The notes below the pieces were generated by a model. It did not search any database, was not told where the DNA came from, and was given only the letters and a program-made list of their open reading frames with translations. Both the position numbers and the translations under genes were made by a program. A DNA stretch of 64,000 nt from Rebecca billardiae RCC1528 (taxonomy: Eukaryota > Protista > Haptophyta), in the NCBI GenBank assembly GCA_965240325.2, contig OZ251224.1:744001-808000 (forward strand). The letters run 5' to 3'. Numbering within the stretch: the stretch's first letter is position 1; each line of letters opens with the position of its first letter. Positions 55,969 to 64,000 of the stretch are shown piece after piece.

Positions 55969-57453
55969 CGGGACTTCTCCGAGCTTACAGGATCGCCAGT
56001 GAAGACCTCCCGCGCCCCTCGAGATCATACGGAGTTGGCGGCGAGATCGCGCTCTTGCGGCGGCGGCGGGCGGGAGCGCGCGCCGGCGCTCGCTCGCGCG
56101 CTCGCTGCCCGCAGCGCGCGCGTCAGGTCGTCGCGAGCGCTCGCGCACCGGCGCTAGGGCGCGTGCCACCTGCGCACGCCGCTCGTTCGCGCCTGCGCGC
56201 TCCGCTCCGCCGCTGCGGCGCTTGCGAGCGCTCGCCGTGTCCTGCGCCGGTGCTGGGCCGCGTCGAAAGCCTGGTTGTGCGGCCAGCCAAGTGTGGCGTT
56301 TGCGGCTTGGCGCGCGAGCGCGCGACGCAGCGGATGGCGCGTGTAAGCCGCCCAGCCAGCGTCACTCGCCTCGTGCGCCGCGCGCCGACCGCGCGCCCCA
56401 GATTCGACGCCGAGCGCTGCTCGGTCACAGTGAGACGGGTCGGCGCTCCGCATCGCAGAGCCGCGCGTGGTCGCGCAGAAGAGGCCGCGCGTGGCCGGCG
56501 CGGCCGCTGTGTGCCATGGCCCAGACCTCAATCGCGTCCTCAGTTGCTTGCCTTGCCCAAGTGGTCACGCCGCACTCACGAGTGGGCGACTTGACCTGAC
56601 CCTGCGTGCCGGGCCGTATCTCATGCCGCCAGCAGTGGGCTCGAACAAATCCATCCTACTCCATTGGTCGACGGCTTCAAGAACTCGATGGTCATGGTCT
56701 AGTAGTGCGCTGATGACACGCGCGCGATCTCCGTGAGCGCAGCTCTTCCATGCAATGGCTTATGTGGCTACGATCGGTGACGGCGTGACCTCGAGACACC
56801 CGTTCTGAATCCACCTCACGTGTCTGTGTACGGGCAAAAGATTTGTGACTGCTTGGGCGAGGCGAGCGTTCTCACCTGCCGCGGACGCGATTGAAGTCTG
56901 GACCATGGCACACAGCGGCCGCGCCGGCCACGCGCGGCCTCTTCTGCGCGACCACGCGCGGCTCTGCGATGCGGAGCGCCGACCCGTCTCACTGTGACCG
57001 AGCAGCGCTCGGCGTCGAATCTGGGGCGCGCGGTCGGCGCGCGGCGCACGAGGCGAGTGACGCTGGCTGGGCGGCTTACACGCGCCATCCGCTGCGTCGC
57101 GCGCTCGCGCGCCAAGCCGCAAACGCCACACTTGGCTGGCCGCACAACCAGGCTTTCGACGCGGCCCAGCACCGGCGCAGGACACGGCGAGCGCTCGCAA
57201 GCGCCGCAGCGGCGGAGCGGAGCGCGCAGGCGCGAACGAGCGGCGTGCGCAGGTGGCGCGCGCCCTAGCGCCGGTGCGCGAGCGCTCGCGACGACCTGAC
57301 GCGCGCGCTGCGGGCAGCGAGCGCGCGAGCGAGCGCCGGCGCGCGCTCCCGCCCGCCGCCGCCGCAAGAGCGCGATCTCGCCGCCAACTCCGTATGATCT
57401 CGAGGGGCGCGGGAGGTCTTCACTGGCGATCCTGTAAGCTCGGAGAAGTCCCG
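55969..57453. mobile_element. Long-TIR element (~570-bp inverted arms), possibly MULE-like
   Basis: 55969-56539 is a near-perfect reverse complement of 56883-57453, with a ~340-bp spacer. No TSD found. Confidence 0.75.
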
Positions 57454-57470
57454 CTGTGGGACTTCCGAGC

Positions 57471-59030
57471 ATGAAAGTAGGCGACATGGCGGACGCCTGC
57501 GCCGGCGAGGCGCGCGAGGCGTCTGCCGAGTGCGCGGTCAAGGTGGGCGCGGCGGATGGCCCACCCTCTGACGACCTCTTTGCTCGACTCTCGGACCTCG
57601 CATGCGCGTCGTGGAGCCTGTCACGCGCGCGGGCGAGCGCGGCTGTGATCAACAGCGCGCCCGCACCCGTGCGGAGCGACCTGCTGCAGATCCTGCACGT
57701 GCCCACGCACGTGAGCAAGCGCCAGCTGCGCTTCTTCTTCGGCGAGCTTGCGGTGGTGATTCGTGAGGCGTGGCTTCTCAAAGACGGCGCGCCACACAGG
57801 TACAGCGTGCTGCTGCGCGCGTGTTGCGTCGCACACGCCGAGGTGTTCCGCGCAGCCCGGCACGGCATGCGCTTTACGCCCGTGGATGTGGAGGTTGCCA
57901 TCATCCTGCCGATTGCCGAGGTCTCGCACGCATGTGCGCCGGTGATCGAGCCGAGCACGGCCGCCGGCGCGCGTGACGTGGCCGAGGAAGGCGCTGCAGG
58001 CCACGAGGCGCCCATGGTCAACGCGGACGCGTGGACGCAGCTGCCCGGCTGCGCAGTCTGCCTGACGCGGCTCGAGCCATCGATCTCGGGAGTGGTTGCG
58101 CGCGCGTGCACGCACGCGAGCGCGTGCATGTGTCTGTCCCAGGACTGCAGCGCGGGCTGCCGCGTGTGCCGCGTGGTCGGGCGGCGGCTCTCGCTTGCGA
58201 TGGCGACCCAAGCGACCGACGCCTCGGCGCCGCGGCCGGCCGAGGCGAGACCACCACGCGACGAGGAGGCCGGTCCAGTGTGCTTCATGTGCAGCGAGCG
58301 CCAGCCCCTCTGGATCTGCCTGGTCTGCGGCACGACCGGCTGCGGCAGGTACGCGTCGATGCACGCGCATGCGCACTACGTGCGCTCACGCCACGAGCTC
58401 GCGCTCGACCTGTCTACGCAGCGCGTGTGGGACTACGAGGGCGACCGCTTTGTGCACCGCGTGATGGAGATGGGGCTCGACGGCGACGACGAGGACAACT
58501 TTGAGCTCGAGCTGCCGGACGAGGCGCTGCCGCCGGAGGCGATGCAGCCGCGGCTCGCCGACGGCGCGTCCCGCGCGGAAGCGGGCGGCGAGCACGCCGA
58601 CGACGACGGCCATTCCCCGGCCAAGCTCGACCGCGTGCTGCGCGAGTACTCGCTGCTGCTGTCGGGCCAGCTCGAGGCGCAGCGCACGTTCTACGAGGAG
58701 CAGGTGGCCCAGCAGAGCGAGCAGCACGCGCGCGAGCTGAGCGAGACGCGCGCGGCGCTTGCTGCCCTGATCGCAGAGCTTCGCCCCGACGAGGTGCAGC
58801 GAGCCGCGCGCGCCGCGAGCCGACGCGAGGGCACGGCAAGCCGCCGGCTCGAGCAGCTGCGGCGTGAGAAGCTCGACCTGCAGGAGCTCAACCAGCAGCT
58901 GCTCGTGAACACGCGCGAGCTCCGCGCCGAGATGGCCTCGGCGGAGGCGCAGGCGGTGGAGGCGGAGCGCGCGCTCGAGGCGGCGCAGCGCGAGCTGGAG
59001 GAGACCCTCATGCAGCTCACTGCTCAGTGA
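57471..59030 (+). CDS. BRAP: BRAP2/IMP/Etp1-like protein (BRAP2 domain, RING, ZnF-UBP, coiled coil)
   Basis: ILHVP..RYSVLLR..F....HGMRF; LPGCAVCLTRLE; LWICLVCG..GCGRY...HA..HY..H...LSTQRVWDYEGDRFVHR; EYSLLLSGQLEAQRTFYE. Confidence 0.92.
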   Translation: MKVGDMADACAGEAREASAECAVKVGAADGPPSDDLFARLSDLACASWSLSRARASAAVINSAPAPVRSDLLQILHVPTHVSKRQLRFFFGELAVVIREAWLLKDGAPHRYSVLLRACCVAHAEVFRAARHGMRFTPVDVEVAIILPIAEVSHACAPVIEPSTAAGARDVAEEGAAGHEAPMVNADAWTQLPGCAVCLTRLEPSISGVVARACTHASACMCLSQDCSAGCRVCRVVGRRLSLAMATQATDASAPRPAEARPPRDEEAGPVCFMCSERQPLWICLVCGTTGCGRYASMHAHAHYVRSRHELALDLSTQRVWDYEGDRFVHRVMEMGLDGDDEDNFELELPDEALPPEAMQPRLADGASRAEAGGEHADDDGHSPAKLDRVLREYSLLLSGQLEAQRTFYEEQVAQQSEQHARELSETRAALAALIAELRPDEVQRAARAASRREGTASRRLEQLRREKLDLQELNQQLLVNTRELRAEMASAEAQAVEAERALEAAQRELEETLMQLTAQ

Positions 59031-59243
59031 CGGGGCGGGCCGCAGCTGGAGCTGACTCCGATTGACTCATCACTACTACGATCTCCGGACCCCTGTCTCC
59101 GTGACAATCTCCGTCGAGTCCGCGGGTCCGCGGGAGTGACGGGGAGAGCACTGACTCAGCACTGAGCAGGTATTCGACTCATATCCGAATAAAATACTAA
59201 TAATAAATTCTAAATCAGCAGTAACAGTGTAAATTAAGATTCT

Positions 59244-59245
<2 letters not shown>

Positions 59246-59321
<76 letters not shown>
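59246..59321. repeat. (CT)n microsatellite
   Basis: Pure CT run. Confidence 0.98.
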
Positions 59322-59324
<3 letters not shown>

Positions 59325-60611
59325 GTCTAACCACTGTCCACTCCGCCATGCCCTGCTCGCTCGAAGCGTCGAGCACGACCGAGAGCTGGATGGTCGTGGC
59401 GTGAACTGCGGCTTGGGACAGTCCACGATGATCATGATTGGGACACGATCATGTTACATAGGTCGGGATTTTACCAACGAACGACGGGCCGTCGGGCGCG
59501 GGCAGTGCGGAGGCCGCAGCTGCCCGTCGGGTCGAGAGGGCGCCCGTGACCGTGAGGTCCGTCAGTCACGGAGGTCGACGGCCGATCTGGCTGACCAGAC
59601 AGCACGGGTTGCACAGCACCGTTATCCCAGACAGAGGGTGGGAGGGCCGAGGGTGGGCAAACAGTGAACCGCCGCCGCGGAGCTGACGCGGCAGCACGTG
59701 CCAGCTGCTGGACGAGAATGTGATGCCGGACGAGCGACGACGCGGCTGCGGTGCGGCGCTGCACGGCGGAGGCGCTGACAGCAGCAACCTCACCGAGCAG
59801 AGGGGACTACCAAAGGCGTACACCTCATGTGTGCCGAGCTCACAAGAGTGGTCGGAGGAGAGTGTAGCGTGCGGTGTCGTGGGCCCTCTGCCCAGCTCGG
59901 CGCCTTGTGTCATGACGCCCCCGTACCTTGGGCCGAGCCGTGCCGAGGCCAGAAGAGTCGCCTCGGGTGGAACAGGAATCGCCGAGCAAGTCCTGCAGGC
60001 GGTGCCCGGTGCCGACCGGATTGGCTGCCGAAAAGGGGTCCGACCAGGACTGCGCGCGCTGGGCGGCGGGCGCCCCGGGCCCGGCCGGACAGCTGGTTTA
60101 TGATGCCAAGCGAGCCGGATCTTGGTGTCGCTCTTAGACACTCAGTTATTGTGCCAATAACGCCACATACACACACTCAGTTATTGTGCCAATCGCCCCC
60201 CCCCCCCCCCCCCCCCCACATTCACACACACACACATAATTATAATTATAATTAACGACGTGGTATGCAACGGGCAAGCGTCAGAGTCAGCAAGCTGTAG
60301 CAGCAGATCGAGCAGCAGAGACAAACACCAGGATCAGCGCTCCTCGCCGTCGTCCCCCCCCGCTCGTAGTCGATCGCCCATCACTATATTCAGTATTCAC
60401 TCCATCGCCGAGCGGAAGCTCGACGCACCGTCTGGCGTCGACGCGCGCGCGCCACCCGCCTGCACGGTGCACCGCCGGTCAGCACCGCGGGCTGTCCGCG
60501 GTCGGGTCGCGGTGCATAATGATGATTATTACCGCCGAATAAGTACGTTCGATCTGATGTTGCACATCATCAATAATATACAGACATGCCCGTGCTGCGC
60601 TGAGCTGGTGG

Positions 60612-60683
60612 GTGCTCGTGAGGTCGGCCAACTGCTGCACGCAATGTGTGCGCGTGTGCCAGCAGCAGCGTCATTGTGAGCAC
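60612..60683 (-). promoter_or_regulatory. SECIS element (type 2) in the 3' UTR of the SelU-like gene
   Basis: Minus strand: GUGCUC aca AUGAC GCUGCUGCUGGC acac GCGCA cacau UGCGU GCAGCAGUUGGC CGAC cucac GAGCAC. This folds as helix I, a UGA/GA quartet, an ~11-bp helix II and an apical mini-helix. Confidence 0.75.
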
Positions 60684-60744
60684 TCGCTCGGCCGGCGCAG
60701 CCGCATGACGTGCGAAGACGCACGCGTTCGAAGCCGCCCACCGC

Positions 60745-61386
60745 CTACGGGCTTGCGCCGGCCATCTTCAGCACAACATCAAGATCAGCGTGATCACCTG
60801 TGGCCTGGTCAAAGTGCTCGAAGAGCACCTCCTTGCCGCCAAAGACGAACATGCCGCCTTGTTGAAGACCCTGGGAGAGGTCAGGAGGAATCCATGGCTT
60901 CCACCGCGAGAGCGCCTCCTTCAAGTCCTTCGCGCCGTCGGTCTGAAGCCGGCTGAGGATGGCGTACGGCGTAGCCTGATTGAAGAATGTCCGCGACGCC
61001 GACTTGTACAGCCCGAGCGCGTCATAGCACACGTTCTGCGGATCACTGTACAGAGACTCGCGAGGGAAGCCGATGTGGTCGCAGAACTCGACGCCGCGCT
61101 CAGGAGTGCCGATGCCCACCGCTATCAGCCGGACCTGCGCGTCGTCGAGTCGAGGCTTGATGTCACGAAGCTGCATGCCCAGCTCCTGACAGAAAAATCA
61201 TCCGAAGCTGCGGAAGAAGGCCACCACCGCCCGCTCCCCTCCCTCGGCGTCCCACTGCGTTGCGATGTCCACTTGCGAGAGATCAGTCGCACGGTACACC
61301 TGGCGTCCCGCAAGAGCACTATACAGACGGGGCGAAGTGCTCAGAGGCGCGCCAGCTAGGCCGACGCAGGCCGCGATGAGCCACAT
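60745..61386 (-). CDS. Selenoprotein U-like (AhpC/TSA_2, PRXL2/FAM213 family) with Sec at in-frame TGA 61198-61200
   Basis: VVAFFRSFG-TGA-FFCQE is in frame with LIAVGIG, LYSDP...YDALGL and QQGGMFVF..F.H.D..TGDHA. The TGA sits in a UxxC motif and a SECIS lies downstream. Short hydrophobic N-terminus. Confidence 0.88.
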
Positions 61387-61589
61387 CCGAGCCTCAAGCC
61401 TGACGTTGCCGCTGACGGGCGACTTCACGGCCGCGCGGCGGCGCTCAGCAGACGCTTGGTATCGAGTTCGCCGATGATGAGCGCGAACTTTCGAGATGAA
61501 AATCGCCGCGCAGGAAAAAAAATCGTCCCTGCTGACGGGCTGTAACGGTCGGCCGCTGAAAATTGGGCCCAAAAAGGTCAGCACCGACC

Positions 61590-64000
61590 ATGGAGGTTGG
61601 CGGCATGCGCTTCGACCTTGCGCTGGTCGTCGCGCGCAGCGGCTCGCCAGAGGACAAGCGGACCGCACGACTGTATCGCCGTCCCGCGTATAAGAGAATG
61701 ATCACCGCTGGGCTCCAGCTCATCGCCCGCACTGCCCCAGACGGCGAGCACGCGTTTGTGCTCGTGGGCGCGACCGAGGAGCGCCTGCTTGTCGAGGCCG
61801 AACGCCAGAAGCTGCGAAAGCGCGTGCGGACACTTGCAGACAGGCGTGCGGATCCGATGACGGCACACATTGTGCCAAGATCTCTCGAGCGCGAGCGCGG
61901 CGCCTGTGAGCCCTTCTCCGCGAGCGAGCACTACGCGTTTGCGCGTGGACCTCAGGGCCTTTTCACCTCGCTGGAGAGGCAGAGGCTTCTGGCCGGGATC
62001 ATCGAGACGAGCGAGCGCGAGGGCGGCGCGGGCGTCGATCTCGACGGTTCCGTTGCGGATGGCGTCTTCGTCGGGGTGATCGCGCTCGTGGACAACGACG
62101 AGGTGCCCGCGCTGGAGGGCGCTTGGCTGTGCACGCGCGCCGCGCCCTGCTCGACGCTGCCGCCCGCCGTGCCCGTGCACGCGGTGCGCGACTACTTCGG
62201 CGAGAAGTACGCGCTCTACTTCGAGTACCAGCGGCTATACACCGTCTTCCTCGCCTGGCTCTCCGTTGCCGCGCTGCTCGCCACCGCCGTGCAGATCACG
62301 CTCGCGCTCGTGCCAGCCGACGGCACCTTCCACCTCGAGGCTGCGCTCGGCTCGCCGCTGTTTGGCCCGTACTGCCTCGTGCTCGCGGCGTGGGGCACGC
62401 TGCTCGGCGAGATGTGGAAGCGGCGGCAGTCCGAGCTGGCATTCCTCTGGGGCACCACCGACTTCGAGGAGGAGGAGCCCTCGACCGCGCGCTTCGTGCG
62501 CTCGGCCGGGGTCGGTCTCGCGCGCGGGCAGTACACGCCGTCCGGCCAGTTTGTGAGCCTGGCCGATTTGGACTCGGCCGAGTACGTGCCGCACTTCGCC
62601 GAGTCGGAGCAGCGCAGGCGCGCGCTCGCCTCCGCGGCGAGCGTGATCCTGCTCATGGGCTTCATCGTCGCGGTGACCCTCGCGATCGCCGCCATCAAGA
62701 TCATCCTGCAGCGCACGTGCTGCACGGAGTGGGGCGCGGTGTACGGCGCGATTCTCAACTCGGCCTTCATCGCGATGATGGGGTACATCTGGGAGCCGTT
62801 CGCGCGCTGGGTGAACGACCTGGAGATGCACCGCACGAGGACGGCGTACGAGGACCACCTCATCCTCAAGACCTTCGCCTTCCAGTTCGTCAACAACTAC
62901 GCGTCGCTCTACTACATCGCGCTGGTGCAGGGCACGCGCGCGCCGCTGCTCGGGCTGCGCCACGGCGGTGAGCTCGTTCGCGACGAGTGCCCGCGGGGCG
63001 ACGACGGCGAGCCGTCGTGCATGCGCGCCTTCTTCATCCAGCTGGTCACGCTCGTGCTGATGCGCCAGGTGTGGCGGCAGGTCCTGGTCTTCGCGCGCTA
63101 CGCCATTCTGCCGCGCGCGAGCGCCGCGCTCCGACGACGCCGCACCGCCGAGGCAGCCGCCGTGGCCGACGGCGCCGACACCGACGAGGTGACGCGCCAC
63201 TGCGCTCAGCAGCTCGAGCTCCCCGAGCACGGCGGCACCGCGGAGGAGTACGCCGAGATGATCATCCAGTTCGGCTACGTGTCGCTCTTCTCGAGCGTCT
63301 TCCCCTTCGCCGCGTGCCTTTGCCTCGCGACCAACGTGCTCGAGATGCAGACAGACGCGCGCAAGCTCCTGCGGCTGTGCCGAAGGCCGCGCTACCTGGG
63401 CGCAGAGGACATCGGAGTCTTCATGCCGATCCTCTCGTTCCTCTCGTACGCGTCGGTGGTGACGAACGCGCTGCTCGCGTACCTGCTCTCCGAGACGGTC
63501 GTCACAGACATCTTCCCGCACGTGAGCGGCGCGCGGCGCCTCGCCATCATCGTGGGCGCGGAGCACGTGATGCTCGGGCTCAAGCTCGTCCTCGCGCACC
63601 TCGTGCCCGACGCGCCGCGCTGGGTGGTGCACGCGCAGGCGCGGCGCGCGTACGCGCTGCAGCTGCGCGAGGAGCGCGCGTCGGCGGGCGCGTACGCGCA
63701 GATGCGCGCGAGCCAGGCGGAGGCCGACTTCGCCACCGGCGCCGCCATGGGCCCTGGCGGCTCCGCCAAGCACGCCCAGGCGCGCGGCGGCGCGGAGGAC
63801 TTGGAGACCGAGTTTGACGACGACAGCCCAGAGGCGTGGCGGCACTTCCTCGAGGACCCGTTCGATGGTCTCACGCCGCTCGACGAGGACGAGGCGGCGG
63901 GGCTGCTGCGCGATGAGTGGCTCTCGGGCACGCCGCCGCTCGCCCAGCAGGACGAGGCCGTCCCCACGCACGTGGCCAGCAGCGCCGTGCGCGAGCGGCG
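61590..64000 (+). CDS. Anoctamin/TMEM16 family protein (runs off the window; absent from the ORF track)
   Basis: FTSLERQRL, VRDYFGEKYALYF, WKRRQSELAFLWG, LEMHRT..YEDHLILKTFAFQFVNNYASLYYIA, EYAEMIIQFGYVSLFSSVFP, NVLEMQTDARKL...RRP. Confidence 0.94.
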   Translation, partial: MEVGGMRFDLALVVARSGSPEDKRTARLYRRPAYKRMITAGLQLIARTAPDGEHAFVLVGATEERLLVEAERQKLRKRVRTLADRRADPMTAHIVPRSLERERGACEPFSASEHYAFARGPQGLFTSLERQRLLAGIIETSEREGGAGVDLDGSVADGVFVGVIALVDNDEVPALEGAWLCTRAAPCSTLPPAVPVHAVRDYFGEKYALYFEYQRLYTVFLAWLSVAALLATAVQITLALVPADGTFHLEAALGSPLFGPYCLVLAAWGTLLGEMWKRRQSELAFLWGTTDFEEEEPSTARFVRSAGVGLARGQYTPSGQFVSLADLDSAEYVPHFAESEQRRRALASAASVILLMGFIVAVTLAIAAIKIILQRTCCTEWGAVYGAILNSAFIAMMGYIWEPFARWVNDLEMHRTRTAYEDHLILKTFAFQFVNNYASLYYIALVQGTRAPLLGLRHGGELVRDECPRGDDGEPSCMRAFFIQLVTLVLMRQVWRQVLVFARYAILPRASAALRRRRTAEAAAVADGADTDEVTRHCAQQLELPEHGGTAEEYAEMIIQFGYVSLFSSVFPFAACLCLATNVLEMQTDARKLLRLCRRPRYLGAEDIGVFMPILSFLSYASVVTNALLAYLLSETVVTDIFPHVSGARRLAIIVGAEHVMLGLKLVLAHLVPDAPRWVVHAQARRAYALQLREERASAGAYAQMRASQAEADFATGAAMGPGGSAKHAQARGGAEDLETEFDDDSPEAWRHFLEDPFDGLTPLDEDEAAGLLRDEWLSGTPPLAQQDEAVPTHVASSAVRER

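Noticed and set aside
38804-59030. BRCA2 and BRAP2 as a functional DNA-repair cluster
   Set aside because: They are 15 kb apart with unrelated DNA between; the link is largely in the names.
59566-60255. Short overlapping ORFs between BRAP2 and SelU
   Set aside because: No recognisable domain and no consistent frame.
62235-63971. 578-aa minus-strand ORF and similar long shadow ORFs (38771-41434 +, 29242-32073 -, 25288-26937 +)
   Set aside because: These are antisense or alternative-frame shadows of real GC-rich genes (anoctamin, BRCA2, channel, kinase).

Overview
This is GC-rich eukaryotic nuclear DNA with compact genes and short GT-AG introns (typically GTGCG...CGCAG). A nucleus-encoded plastid S20 with a bipartite ASAF-type leader, a thylakoid-targeted cyclophilin and a selenoprotein suggest an alga with a red secondary plastid, probably a haptophyte (inference). 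About 25 protein genes are supported: SF3B4, cyclophilin, Gemin8-like, DUS2, an SP-CS-3xSAM protein, EBP2, DUF2817, Ariadne RBR ligase, SohB, MFS sugar porter, OTU1, hybrid histidine kinase, a TMC/OSCA-like channel, a BRO1 protein, plastid rps20, BRCA2, DUF1997-like, BRAP2, a SelU-like selenoprotein, an anoctamin and several hypotheticals. Many are head-to-head pairs 100-205 bp apart, separated by islands of non-autonomous transposons. Highlights: (1) a PRXL2/SelU gene that the ORF track splits at an in-frame TGA in a UxxC motif, with a hand-foldable SECIS in the 3' UTR; (2) an 8.9-kb CACTA-ended giant palindrome carrying about 65-70 copies of a 14-bp hairpin motif, next to a 1.5-kb long-TIR element immediately upstream of BRAP2; (3) three copies of a transposon family with AT target duplications; (4) unusual protein architectures (signal peptide+CS+3 SAM; single-BRC BRCA2 with a C-terminal UBZ-like finger; Gemin8-like). 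All homology calls come from recognising motifs by eye, not from database searches.
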